64,000 bases of DNA from Somniosus microcephalus (GCA_052327205.1 CM126203.1:153078001-153142000), one strand, 5' to 3'. Shown: positions 34,140 to 45,912, counted from the first letter of the stretch. Numbers and translations: made by a program. The notes: generated by a model not told the origin, from the letters alone.

Positions 34140-34827
34140 GCCCCTCACCATCAACATCCTGGGGGTCACCATTGACCAGAAACTGGACCAGCCACATAAA
34201 TACTGTGGCAACAAGAGCAGGTCAGAGGTTGGGTATTCTGCGGCGAGTGTCTCACCTCCTGACTCCCCAAAGCCTTTCTACCATCTACAAGGCACAAGTA
34301 ATGAGTGTGATGGAATACTCTCCACTTGCCTGGATGAGTGCAGCTGTAACAACACTCAAGAAGCTCGACACCATCCAGGACAAAGCAGCCCGCTTGGTTG
34401 GCACTCCATCTACCACCTTAAACATTCACTCCCTCCACCATCGGCGTACCGTGGCTGCAGTGTGTACCATCTACAAGATGCACTGCAGCAACTCGCCAAG
34501 ACTTCTTCGGCAGCAACTCCTAAACCCGCGCCCTCTACCACCTAGAAGGACAAGGGCAGCAGATGCATGGGAACACCATCACCTTCAAGTTCCCCTCCAA
34601 GTCACACACCATCCTGACTTAGAAGTATATCGCCGATCCTTCATCATCGCTGGGTCAAAATCCTGGAACTCCCTACCTAACAGCACTGTGGGAGTACCTT
34701 CACCACACAGACTGCAGCGGTTCAAGAAAGCGGCTCACCACCACCTTCTCAAGGGAAATTAGGGATGGGCAATAAATGCTGGCCTTGCCAGCGATGCCCA
34801 CATCCCATAAAATGAGTTAAAAAAAAT
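34140..34827 (+). mobile_element. 5'-truncated CR1/L2-superfamily LINE 3' end
   Basis: NILGVTIDQKL...WTSHINTVATRAGQRLGILRR...MEYSPLAW...IQDKAARL, then AATAAA and an A-rich tail. Confidence 0.88.
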
Positions 34828-35262
34828 ACAAATAGGCTATGTTTCCCACCTATTGACTATGAATGGGTGAGAAAATTTAGCCCTATAAAATGTTTGCTAA
34901 AGTGAGGTTAAATCATTAATAAAACATTTGAATTTCATTTCAATACTACCACATTCAAGGTAAAATTGACTTTTAGTGCATGGGTGTAAATTGTGTTTAA
35001 TTGTTTCAATTTAGTATTTGCACTAGAGGAAAATACGAAATGGTGCAGGTAAAAGCAAAATCAGATTTGGTGCATCCAATATAAAGATATTTTGACTTTT
35101 TAACACTGAAGGTGAAAGTGATTTTCTGAAATTATAATCCACTTGTTTTCCTCTTGAGGAATCAAAAACATATTTTCTGCAATGTCAATAAATTTATAAA
35201 CAACCAGGGACATTAGATGTAACCTAAGCTATACTGAAGCATACTCATATTTAATAGTTATA

Positions 35263-36012
35263 GGGGGAAAATTCAGTTGGTAGTGCCACCCGTTAGCGCC
35301 TTAAGAGGGCGCTAAGTGGGGCGCAAACCAACTAGCGCCCGGGCGTGGCACTGCCCACGCCTCCCGCAAAATTCAGCAGGAGGTTAGTGGTGGCGCTAAC
35401 CGGTAGCACCCTGCAGCGCTGCGCCGCTGGCGATGGCGTCATTGGTGTGCGCAGCGCCCCGCTCACGCCCCGGCCGCAATCTTTGGGAGCGCCCCCTGAT
35501 TTACCGCCAGACGCTATGTCTGACAGGGTCAGGGGGGCATATCTGTGGCCGGGGAGGCGCAATTTAAAGGCGAGGTGCGGGGCGGCCATTTTTGTTGCTG
35601 GCAGCCTGCCAGCACCTGCCTGCGATCCCGTCCCCGGCCTCCTGAACACCGCCCCCCCCCCCGCTGCAGAGTGCCAGCTGCGCTCCAAGAGCCCGGCACT
35701 TCTCTTGAGTGCCGGGCTCTTTTGCCTGCATTCCCGATCCCCGGGGGCCCAGCTGGGCCCCAGGTCGCGCTGCACAAGGCCCCTCCCCTTTATGTAGGGG
35801 AGGAAGGCCTGCAATACTGCGGCACGTAGCGCCACGATATTCACTCGCAGCGCCCCAAGAGGGAGGCGGGGCGTTTCCAGTAGCGCCCCGCTTCCCTCTT
35901 GGGGCGCAACCACTGAATTTCCGGCGCAGGGGAGCTAATTTTTCCGGGACGCTACATTTAGCGCCCTGGCGAAGTTAGCGCCTCAATTGCGGCGCTACTC
36001 AATTTTTAGTCC
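35263..36012. mobile_element. CpG-rich Harbinger-type MITE
   Basis: Left end GGGGGAAAATTC is identical to the Harbinger terminus at 59932; right end AATTTTTAGTCC; ATA on both flanks; AGCGCC/GGCGCT motifs as in 5103-5799. Confidence 0.8.
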
Positions 36013-36555
36013 ATAGAATTTTCATACAACAACAACATGTATTTCTATAGCGCCTTTAACGTAGTAAAATGTCCCAAGGCGCTTCACAGGAGTGTTATAA
36101 GACAAAAATTTGACACCGAGCCACATAAGGAGAAATTCGGGCAGATATCCAAAAGCTTGGTCAAAGAGGTAGGTTTTAAAGAGCATCTTAAAGGAGGAAA
36201 AGAGAGCGAGAGAGGCGGTGAGGTTTAGGGAGGGAATTCCAGAGCTTTGGACCTTGGCAGCTGAAGGCACAGCCATTAATGTTTGAGCGATTATAATCAG
36301 GGATGCTCAAGAATTAGAGGAGCGCAGATATAAGAACATAAGAAATAGGAGCAGGAGTAGGCCAATCGGCCCCTCGAGCCTGCTCCGCCATTCAGTAAGA
36401 TCATGGCTGATCTGATCCTAACCGCCAATCCACTATCACAGAACCATCTCCTGAATCTAACAGAATTAGACACACGAAATAGGAGCAGGATCAGGCTACA
36501 CGGCCCCTGGGCCCGCTCCGCTACCCACAGGGCCATGACCGATCCGAACCTAGAC

Positions 36556-39507
36556 TCATGTCCAAATTCCTGCCCGCTCCCCGTAACCCTTAATTCCCTT
36601 TACTTCTAGGAAACTGTCTATTTCTGTTTTAAATTTATGTAATGATGTAGCTTCTACAGCTTTTTGGGGCAGCATATTCCATGGACCTACCACCCTCTGA
36701 GTGAAGTAGTTCCTCCTCATCTCAGTTTTGAAAGAGCAGCCCCTTATTCTAAGACTATGCCCCCTAGTTCTAGTTTCACCCATCATCGGGAACATCTTCC
36801 CCGCATCCACCCGATCCAATCCCTTCACAATCTTATATGTTTCAATAAGATCGCCTCTCATTCTTCTGAACTCCAATGAGTAGAGTCCCAATCTACTCAA
36901 CCTCTCCTCATATGTCCATCCCCTCATCCCCGGGATTAACCGAGTGAACCTTCTTTGTACTGACTCGAGAGCAAGTATGTCCTTTCTTAAGTATGGACAC
37001 CAAAACTGTATGCAGTATTCCAGGTGCGGTCTCACCAATACCTTGTACAACTGAAGCAATACCTCCCTATTTTTATATTCTATCCCCCTAGCAATGAAAG
37101 CCAACATTCCATTGGCCTTCTTAATCACTTGCTGCACCTGCATACTAACCTTTTGAGTTTCATGCACCAGGACCCCCAGATCCCTTTGTACTTCAGTACT
37201 TTCCAGTTTCTTGCCATTAAGATAATAACTTGCTCTACGATTTTTCCTGCCAAAGTGCATAACCTCACACTTTCCAGTATTGTATTCCATCTGCCAAATC
37301 TCTGCCCACTTACTTAGCCTGTCTATGTTCCCTTGCAGGTTTTTTATGTCCTCCTCACTCACTACTTTCCCTCCCATCTTAGTATCATCTGCAAACTTTG
37401 ATATGTTACACTCGGTCCCCTCCTCCAAATCATTAATATAGATTGTAAAGAGTTGGGGACCCAGCACTGACCCCTGCGGAACACCACTAGTTACTGATTG
37501 CCAGTCTGAGAATGAACCATTTATCCCAACTCTCTGCCTTCTGTTAGATAGCCAATCCTGTATCCATGCCAGAATATTACCCCCAATCCTGTGATTTTTT
37601 ATCTTAAGCAATAATCTTTTGTGTGGCACCTTGTCAAATGCCTTTTGGAAATCTAAATACACTACGTCCACTGGTTCCCCTTTATCCACCCTATATGTTA
37701 CTTCCTCAAAGAACTCCAGCAAATTTGTCAAACATGACTTCCCCTTCATAAAACCATGCTGACTTTGTCCTATTAAATTATGATTATCCAAATGTCCTGT
37801 TACTGTCTCCTTAATAATGGACTCCAAAATTTTACCTACCACAGATGTTAGGCTAACCGGTCTATAGTTTCCAGCCTTCTGTCTACTGTCCTTTTTAAAT
37901 AAGGGTGTTACATTAGCAGTTTTCCAGTCTGCCGGGACCTTTGCCGAGTCCAGGGAGTTTTGGAAAATTATTACCAATGCATCCACAATCCCTACCGCCA
38001 CTTCCCTCAAGACCCTAGGATATAAGCCATCAGGTCCAGGTGATTTATCCGCCTTGAGTCCCATTATTTTACTGAGTACCACTTTCTTCATGATTTTGAT
38101 CGTATTTAGCTCCTCCCCCACTTTAGCCCCCTGTTTGTCTAGTGTTGGGATATTCTTAGTGTCTTCTACTGTAAAGACTGATGTAAAATATTCATTCAGT
38201 GTTTTTGCCATCTCCATATTTCCCACCATTAATTTTCCGGTCTCATCCTCTAAGGGACCAACATTTACTTTAGCCACCCTTTTTCTTTTTATATAACTAT
38301 ATAAACTCTTACTATCTGTTTTTATATTTTTTGCTAATTTACCTTTACAATCTATCTTCCCTTTCTTAATCAATCTTTTTGTTATTTTTTGCTGTCTTTT
38401 AAGGTTTACCCAATCCTCTATCTTCCCACTAGATTTGGCTACCTTATATGCCCTTGCTTTTAGTCGAATACAATCCTTAATTTCTTTACTTAGCCACGGA
38501 TGGCTGTCTTTTCTTTTACACCCTTTTCTTCTCAGTGGAATATATTTTTTTTGGAAGTTGTAAAATAACTCCTTAAATGTACACCACTGATCATGTATCG
38601 TCTTACCCTTTAATCTATTTTCCCAATCCACTCTACTCAATTCCGCTCTCATACCTTCATAGTCTCCTTTATTCAAGCTTAGCACGCTTGTTTGAGATCC
38701 AACCTTCTCACCCTCTAGTTGAATATGGAATTCAACCATGTTATGGTCACTCATTCCAAGGGGATCCTTTACTAGGACATTTTTAATTAATCCTGTCTCG
38801 TTACACAGGACCAGACCCAAGGTTGCTTGCCCCCTGGTCAGTTCAGTTACATACTGCTCAAGAAACCCATCCCTAATACACTCAATGAACTCATCCTCAA
38901 GGCAGCCCTGCCCAATTTGATTTGTCCAATTAATATGATAGTTAAAATCCCCCATAATTATAGATGTTCCCTTGTCACAAGCCTCAACTATTTCCTGATT
39001 GATACTCCGTCCAACAGAGTTGCCACTGTTCGGAGGCCTATAGACTACGCCCACTAGTGTTTTTTTCCCCTTATTATTCCTTACCTCCACCCAAACTGTT
39101 TCATTATCCTGATCTTTTGACCCAATATCATTTCTCTGTATTACAGTGATTCCTTCCTTTATTAACATAGCCACCCCACCTCCCCTTCCTTCCTGCCTGT
39201 CCTTCCTGATCATTAAATAACCTGGTATGTTTAATTCCCAGGCATTGTCACCCTGCAGCCATGTTTCTGTAATGGCCACAAGATCATACCCATATGTAGT
39301 TATTTGTGCCATTAACTCGTCTATTTTGTTACGAATGCTACGTGCATTCAGATAGAGAACTTTCAAATATGTTTTGTGACACTTAGTTCCTGCTTTTGCC
39401 CTTTTTATTACTTTACCTTTTACTCCATACCTTCTGCCCCTTCCTGACACACTCTGGTTTTTAATTTCCCCACTGCTACCTAAGTCTATGACCTTCTCTG
39501 TTGTCAT
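36556..39507 (-). CDS. CR1 ORF2p, APE endonuclease + RT, uninterrupted (983 aa)
   Basis: YLNARS, ITETW, GDFN, LGL (normally LDL), SDH, PQGSVLGP, FADD. Confidence 0.95.
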   Translation of the reverse strand: MTTEKVIDLGSSGEIKNQSVSGRGRRYGVKGKVIKRAKAGTKCHKTYLKVLYLNARSIRNKIDELMAQITTYGYDLVAITETWLQGDNAWELNIPGYLMIRKDRQEGRGGGVAMLIKEGITVIQRNDIGSKDQDNETVWVEVRNNKGKKTLVGVVYRPPNSGNSVGRSINQEIVEACDKGTSIIMGDFNYHINWTNQIGQGCLEDEFIECIRDGFLEQYVTELTRGQATLGLVLCNETGLIKNVLVKDPLGMSDHNMVEFHIQLEGEKVGSQTSVLSLNKGDYEGMRAELSRVDWENRLKGKTIHDQWCTFKELFYNFQKKYIPLRRKGCKRKDSHPWLSKEIKDCIRLKARAYKVAKSSGKIEDWVNLKRQQKITKRLIKKGKIDCKGKLAKNIKTDSKSLYSYIKRKRVAKVNVGPLEDETGKLMVGNMEMAKTLNEYFTSVFTVEDTKNIPTLDKQGAKVGEELNTIKIMKKVVLSKIMGLKADKSPGPDGLYPRVLREVAVGIVDALVIIFQNSLDSAKVPADWKTANVTPLFKKDSRQKAGNYRPVSLTSVVGKILESIIKETVTGHLDNHNLIGQSQHGFMKGKSCLTNLLEFFEEVTYRVDKGEPVDVVYLDFQKAFDKVPHKRLLLKIKNHRIGGNILAWIQDWLSNRRQRVGINGSFSDWQSVTSGVPQGSVLGPQLFTIYINDLEEGTECNISKFADDTKMGGKVVSEEDIKNLQGNIDRLSKWAEIWQMEYNTGKCEVMHFGRKNRRASYYLNGKKLESTEVQRDLGVLVHETQKVSMQVQQVIKKANGMLAFIARGIEYKNREVLLQLYKVLVRPHLEYCIQFWCPYLRKDILALESVQRRFTRLIPGMRGWTYEERLSRLGLYSLEFRRMRGDLIETYKIVKGLDRVDAGKMFPMMGETRTRGHSLRIRGCSFKTEMRRNYFTQRVVGPWNMLPQKAVEATSLHKFKTEIDSFLEVKGIKGYGERAGIWT

Positions 39508-39545
39508 TTTTATTATTTGCTCTCTAGGAACCTCCCCCCCACTAG

Positions 39546-40502
39546 TTAGTTTAAAGCCCTCTCTACGGCCCTAGTTATATGATCCGCCAGGACTCTAGTC
39601 CCAGCACTGGCCAAGTAAAGCCCGTCCCAACGGAACAGCTCCCTCCTGCCCCAGTACTGGTGCCAGTGTCCCAGGAAGCAAAACCCATTTCTCCCACACC
39701 AGCCTTTGAGCCACGCATTTAACTCTCTAATTTTATTTGTCCCAGCCAAATTCGCTCGTGGCTCAGGTAATAATCCAGAGATTATTACCCTTGTGGTTCT
39801 GCTTTTTAATTTGGCCCCTAGCTGCTCAAACTCCCTCAGCAGAACCTCCTTCCTTGTCCTATCTATGTCGTTGGTACCAACATGGACCACGACAACTGGA
39901 TCCCCCCCCTCCCACTCCAAGTTTCTCTCCAGCCCAGAGGAGATGTCCTTAACCCTGGCACCGGGCAGGCAACACAGCCTTCGGGACTCTCGCTCTCGGC
40001 TGCAAAGAACTCTATCTATCCCCCTAACGATACTATCCCCTACCACTACAACATTTCTTTTAACTCCCCCCACTTGAATGGCCCCCTGCTCCACGGTGCT
40101 GTGGTCAGGTTGCTCATCCTCCCCGCAGTCCCTGTTCCCATCCTCACAGGGTGTAAGAGCCTCGAACCTGTTGGACAGGTGCAAGGGCTGCGGCTCCTCC
40201 AACACTACCTCCTGGATCCCCGTACCTGCCTCACTTCTAGTCACACCATCCTGACCCTGGCCACGGACTACATCTGAATTAATTAATCTAATTGGTGTGA
40301 ATACCTCGTGATACACAGAGTCCAGGTAACTCTCCCCCTCCCTGATGTGTCTCAGTGTTTGAAGCTCGGACTCCAGCTCTTCAACACGGAGCCGGAGTTC
40401 CTCGAGCAGCCAACACTTACTGCAAATGTGATCACCGTGAGCATCAATGGTGTTCACCAGCTCCCACATATTGCAGCAGCAACACATCGCCTGATCTCCC
40501 AT
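39546..40502 (-). CDS. CR1 ORF1p (zinc finger/zipper + SGNH esterase)
   Basis: CCCC...HICSKC, zipper LRLRVEELESEL, GDS, GTND, DGLY (normally DGLH). Confidence 0.92.
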   Translation of the reverse strand: MGDQAMCCCCNMWELVNTIDAHGDHICSKCWLLEELRLRVEELESELQTLRHIREGESYLDSVYHEVFTPIRLINSDVVRGQGQDGVTRSEAGTGIQEVVLEEPQPLHLSNRFEALTPCEDGNRDCGEDEQPDHSTVEQGAIQVGGVKRNVVVVGDSIVRGIDRVLCSRERESRRLCCLPGARVKDISSGLERNLEWEGGDPVVVVHVGTNDIDRTRKEVLLREFEQLGAKLKSRTTRVIISGLLPEPRANLAGTNKIRELNAWLKGWCGRNGFCFLGHWHQYWGRRELFRWDGLYLASAGTRVLADHITRAVERALN

Positions 40503-40725
40503 TCTATGTAATTAATTACATTTATTAATATTATTCTTAAATACCCTCTGCCTCGATTCTAGATGGTGAATATCACACCTTAGAAACTATAAACCAAAGA
40601 GATTTAAGCTTAAAAAGGGAGAAATACTCACCAACCAATCACTTACCCGCTTTCTGGTGACGTCACACTTGGATTACTTTTTACCTCTCTCCTTCCCTCC
40701 GAGTTCCCAGACCGGAGACTGGTAC

Positions 40726-41311
40726 GCCTTACCTGGGCTCTGGGGCTTTTATAGCCCCGCTCTGCCGCTCAGGATTCCCGCCGACGCTGCGAGGCCTTAC
40801 CTGGTCTCTGGGGACTTTTATACCCCGCTCTGCCGCTCAGGTTTCCCGCCGACGCTGTGAGGCCTTACCTGGTCTCTGGGACTTTTATACCCCGCTCTGC
40901 CGCTCAGGATTCCCGCCGACGCTGCGAGGCCTTACCTGGGTCTCTGGGACTTTTATAGCCCCGCTCTGCTGCTCAGGATTCCCGCCGACGCACTGAGGCC
41001 TTGCCTGGTCTCTGGGGCCTTTTATAGCCCCGCTCTGCCGCTCAGGATTCCCGCCGACGCTGTGAGGCCTTACCTGGGTCTCTGGGACTTTTATAGCCCC
41101 GCTCTGCCGCTCAGGATTCCCGCCGATGCTGTGAGGCCTTGCCTGGTCTCTGGGGCCTTTTATAGCCCCGCTCTGCCGCTCAGGATTCCCGCCGACGCTG
41201 TGAGGCCTTACCTGGGTCTCTGGGACTTTTATAGCCCCGCTCTGCCGCTCAGGATTCCCGCCGATGCTGTGAGGCCTTACTTGGGTCTCTGGGACTTTTA
41301 TAGCCCCGCTC
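40726..41311 (-). promoter_or_regulatory. CR1-E 5' UTR tandem monomers (~68-69 bp x ~8.5)
   Basis: Sense unit CAGCGTCGGCGGGAATCCTGAGCGGCAGAGCGGGGCTATAAAAGTCCCAGAGACCCAGGTAAGGCCTC contains TATAAAAG and CAG|GTAAG. Promoter function is inferred. Confidence 0.7.
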
Positions 41312-41428
41312 TGGGGTTGTGGGGCTGGAGGAGATTACAGATAGGGAGGGGCGAGGCCATGGAGCAATTTGAAAACAAGACTGAGAATTTTGAAATCGAG
41401 GCATTGCTTAACCGGGAGCCAATGTAGG

Positions 41429-42203
41429 TGTACGAAAAGCTGATATTTAAAGATATTTGGTAGATGAGAATCATATATGTATAATTTAAGTGTAGCCATT
41501 GACCAAATAATATTACCCATAATTACTCCTGGGTAACTAGAACGCTAAGACTTGTTCAAAATGTAACTGCAGACAGTTCAAAAGCAGTTTTGACTAAGTT
41601 TTGATAACAAACAGCCACAGACTGCAAGTGAAGGTCAGATCATTAAATTGCTAAGAGAAACATAATGGCCCAGAAATTCGGGTCCCAACACATGAGTACG
41701 CACGGGGTACTCATGCGTGGACCCGATGGAAGTGCCGGTTTCTTGCATGCACTACGCATGCGCGGGAAACCGGCACTTCCGATCCTCTGAACGAAGGGGT
41801 TCAGAGGTCGAACGCGTGCGCACAGGAGTGGCCAGGTTACCAGCCCTAACCTGAGTGACAATGGTATTTTGACCATTAGAACCAATTAAAAAAGGTAATT
41901 TTGTTATATATGGACACTGGCCAACCAAACTGTTGATAAGGAATGGTTTAAAACCTCGATATTCAAACAACAGTTTCACACAGAGTTTTGCTGCGAGAAT
42001 AAGGAACAGACCTGCGACGACGTTGCCTGTGTCCGAAGGGCTCCAGAGACCAAGGGCTGCGAGCTATTTGTTACTATCGCCTAATGTTAAGTATTGATTA
42101 CGCTGTAAGCTTAATAAATCTGATCTATTGCTCAAACATACTGGCTGCTGCCCAATTGTGTCTTGTCCAAGTACTCTGAGTGGTCATTACTGATTGACTC
42201 ACA
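41429..42203 (+). repeat. 5' LTR (internally deleted; carries a MITE fragment)
   Basis: ~41502-41663 and 41824-42203 closely match the 3' LTR; AATAAA near the end; ends in CTCACA. Confidence 0.92.
41667..41823. mobile_element. Harbinger-type MITE left-end fragment inside the 5' LTR
   Basis: Begins GGCCCAGAAATT (compare the TIR at 5103); absent from the 3' LTR; made of three hairpins. Confidence 0.75.
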
Positions 42204-42206
42204 GTC

Positions 42207-42224
42207 TGGCACCCCAGATGGGAT
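42207..42224 (+). other. Primer binding site, tRNA-Arg(CCT)-like
   Basis: TGGCACCCCAGATGGGA lies 3 nt after the LTR and is complementary to the 3' end of vertebrate tRNA-Arg(CCT) as I recall it. Confidence 0.75.
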
Positions 42225-42380
42225 GAGACAAAGTGGCTAGTATTGTGTAATAGACCAGACCTCGAGAGTAGCCTCCTGATCAGCTGCTTCTCTTGGGGAG
42301 GGATAACCCTTCGTGGGGAGAGCCCGTGAATTGTGCGCTGATAGTTATAGATGTTAGAGGTCTGTTAAGAAAACAACAAG

Positions 42381-44230
42381 ATGACTAATAAAAGTTTTGT
42401 TAACACGTATAAGAATAAGTTAGACAGAGGTGCCTGTGAGGAGGAAGTACAGGTACTATTGACGGAATGTTTATGCAAAGGAGAACGAGTCCCCTTTGAC
42501 GAACTGATAAACTTTATTCATGAACGTGTGGATCTAAGAAAGATTAAAAGTGATAAGGCAACTCGGCTACTCGCCTATGCAGTATTTTACTGTGCTCAAA
42601 GATGTGATGAGTACTGTAAGAAACAACGTAAAGAGATAGAAGAGCTAAGAGCACAACACAATGAGTCAAAAGAAAAACATAGGCAGGAGATAGAGGACTT
42701 AAGGAAGCAGCAAGATCTGGAGGTGGAAGACCTAAAAAGAAAGCAGGTTCAGGAAGTGGGAGATTTGAAAAAGTGAATTATTGACTTAGAGAGCCAAACC
42801 TCTCAAGCTGCAGTAGTTCTGCAATAACAAAGCGTGTGTGCAGTCCAGGCAGGAAGCGTTATACATGAACTAGAAGAAACCAAACAGGCGTTACAATCTT
42901 GTGAGATAGAGAGGGAGGACCTTACACATGATTTTCAAGATGCCAGCGGCGCCTTGAGGGAAGCTCTCCAGGGCCCTGATAGAGAGACGGATCACACTCA
43001 GTGTAGGTTGAAGATATACGAACTAGAGGGAAAGCTGGGAAAAGCAGGCTGTTGTGGCTGCTGTTACTGCCAGATCGTATGATTCAGCAGTGGGAGCAGC
43101 AGGAGGAGGAGAAATGATAGACTGGGATGCACTAGAAGGCAAGACATATCAGCACGGTCGACATGATGGTTGGGGAGACCCCGGGGTGTCCTCCATCCAT
43201 GAGGAGAGGCAGTCGACCCTTGTGAGTGTCATAGTTAGAACCCAGACCTATGATGACAAGGGGGAGGAAACCACCTCCGAGAAGCGCACCGTTCCCCTCA
43301 ATGCTGCCGAAGTACAAGCTTGTGTTAATGAATTAGGCCCCATAACAGTATCCGAGTGCCCCCATCGACGTTAAAGTTCGATGGACTGCTTGGAAGTGGG
43401 GACACAACGAATTAGAGGACGCCGATTTGAAACGCGTCCTCCTTGCTTCCACCAACCCCAAGATACGGCAAAATCTTCCGTTCCTGATTTTTAATATTGG
43501 CACTACCTCGAGAGTAGTGATGGAGTCCATTCAGGAACAGTTAGGCATTAACAGCATGGATATGGCTAAAAAATGTTATCAAACAACACAGGGACCAGTA
43601 GAATCACCCACTGTATACAGTGATAGGTGCTACACGGTTTATGGGGGAACCCAAGGGGTTGCTCCTGACTCCAAAGACGAAGGGAAGGACCAGGTACCAT
43701 TCAAGAAACAATTCTTGAATGGCTTGCAAAGCTCATTGAGGCATGCTGTAGGACACACGGTCTCACCTGTGACTGAGTGGCCTGAACTACTCCAGACCAC
43801 CAATCGGGCATGGACTTTTGCAAGGGAGGGGTGTAAGCCAAACAAAACTGTTAGTGTGGTAGAAAAAACTGTCAACGTGGAAGAAAAACCTGTTAGTGTG
43901 GTAGAAGGGCCAGTTATGCCCACTGCACCCCCTACACACGTCGATTAGAAGGAAATTGTTACAATTGTGGGAGACCTGGGCACTATTCTAAATTTTGTAA
44001 GAAACCTCGAAGACAGGGCCAACGGTACCCTCTCTTTCAAGGAAATCTACCCCCACCACCACCAATAATATCCGCTGATCCCCTGGAGACCAAGGTAGAT
44101 CAATTGGCCGGAGAAATGAGTAAAATAACAGCCATACTGAACACCCACCCTGTTACAAGAGCTAATCGGGTGGCGGCCATCTCGGATCCGGCTGGACGAC
44201 AGCCACAGGGATCCCAGGCATCGGCCCAGT
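42381..44230 (+). pseudogene. gag: gag-like gene (coiled-coil N-terminus, CCHC knuckle), disrupted
   Basis: ORF pieces 42381-42776, 42834-43082, 43054-43374, 43427-43948; CYNCGRPGHYSKFC at 43957-43998. Confidence 0.85.
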
Positions 44231-45770
44231 TAAGGGGACGGGCCCCCTCTTGGTCGGAAGTGGGGTTCCGACATGATGTTAACGGGCGACCGGAAATTTT
44301 GGTTGCTCTACCGGGGGGCCGACAACAAATCATGCTTATTAACACCGGTTCATCCGTTACCATCATCCATACCCCACATCCTGAACACCATGCTGCGGCG
44401 GGCAAGGGCTGCTTGACATTACAAGGCTTTGATGGGAGGTCAACCTCTGCTTTTAAGGGAGAAATGATAACTATGCGCACAAACGGGATTGATTTGAATG
44501 TTGATGACCCTGTTTTGATGACAACTCCTGATGGAAGGGGTATATTGGGAAGTGATGTTTTGGAAAGTTACGGGACAATTATTGATTACAACCAGAGGTG
44601 TATTTGGATCGGGACAGGAGGTAGTGAATTGGTTGAAATATCGGATGCCCACTCCGTATTTGCGATTAAGAGGACTTGCTTGTACGAGGCACTAGATCAC
44701 ACAGATGAGCGAGTCAAAGTATTAATTCAAACGCACTCACCCACATTCGCCACTGGTAAGCATGACTGCGGTCGAATGGAGGGTGAGGAGATGATTAATG
44801 GCCTGCCCCACTCCTTTATTAAACAGTACCCAATTCCCAAAGAAAGTCATCCCTATATTAGAGGTGTCATTGATACCCTCTTAAAACAGGGCATTCTGAG
44901 AACAGGCACTTTCACGACCAATTCACCAGCTTGGCCGGTTCGGAAGCCGGACAATAGCTGGAGGCTCACTATTGATTACCGAAGTCTTAACAAGGTTACG
45001 CCCAAGAGCGCCCCTATTGGTTAGGATGCTCCAACCTTATTATCAGACCTCCCAAAAGACTCTAAATACTACTCCACCCTAGACATTGCGAATGGCTTTT
45101 GGAGTATTCCCGTCAGAACAGAGGATTAATATAAATTTGCTTTCACCTTTGAGGACCAGAGTTACACGCGGACATGCCTACCCCAAGGCTTCCACAATGC
45201 CCCGACCATTTTCCATACCAGAATGGTACAGATCCTGAAAGCTTTTTCTAAGCCCCAATGTCTGCTTCAGTATGTCGATGACTTGCTACTGGCTACTAGT
45301 ACAATCGAAGAACACCTTGAACTGTTAGATGAACTTTTAACACTGTTAAGCAGTACAGGCTTGAAAATTAACCCTCGAAAAGCTCAGCCTTTGCAGGAAC
45401 AGGTCACCTATTTGGGAGTGACAATCTCACTGCAGGGTCTAAGTCCTGACGAGCACAAGATAGAGGTCATTCAACGACTCCCGCTTCCTGTATCCAGGAC
45501 AGCGCTCCGATCGTTTTTGGGACTAGTGGGATACCAGCGTAGTTTTATTCCTGGATTTGCAGAACTTGTAAAGCCCCTCTATGAACTGTTAAAAGGAAAA
45601 GAGGATCAAATTTCCTCCTTGTGGGGGTCAGATCACACCGCTGCAGTTAAGAAATTGAAACAGGCTGTTATGCAGGTTACCTGTTTGATATCACCCAACC
45701 CGACACAGCCATTCCATCTCGAGGTCGCATCCACCGACTATAGTCTGACTGCGGTGCTATGTCAAGAACG
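44231..45770 (+). pseudogene. pol: pol (protease, RT, start of connection/tether), truncated
   Basis: LINTGS (DTG decayed), ILGSD, GKHDCG, NSPAWPVRKPDNSWRLTIDYR, LDIANGFWS, LPQGFHNAP, QYVDD, FHLEVAST; two in-frame stops. Confidence 0.92.
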
Positions 45771-45912
45771 ACAGCAGGTCCGGCCGCATCTGTGTAGAGA
45801 GAACAAGCCAATGTCGACTCGAGTCTGGATGACCCTGCGTCAGGTGGGGTTACATGTAGCATGACATGAACCCAAGATCTCGGTTGAGGCCGTCCTCATG
45901 GGTGCGGAACTT

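Larger units (their letters stand above)
36330..41311 (-). mobile_element. Full-length CR1 LINE (CR1-E) with both ORFs open
   Basis: Monomeric 5' UTR, ORF1 40502-39546, ORF2 39507-36556, duplicated 3' UTR, (TTCTTATG)n tail. Confidence 0.97.
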
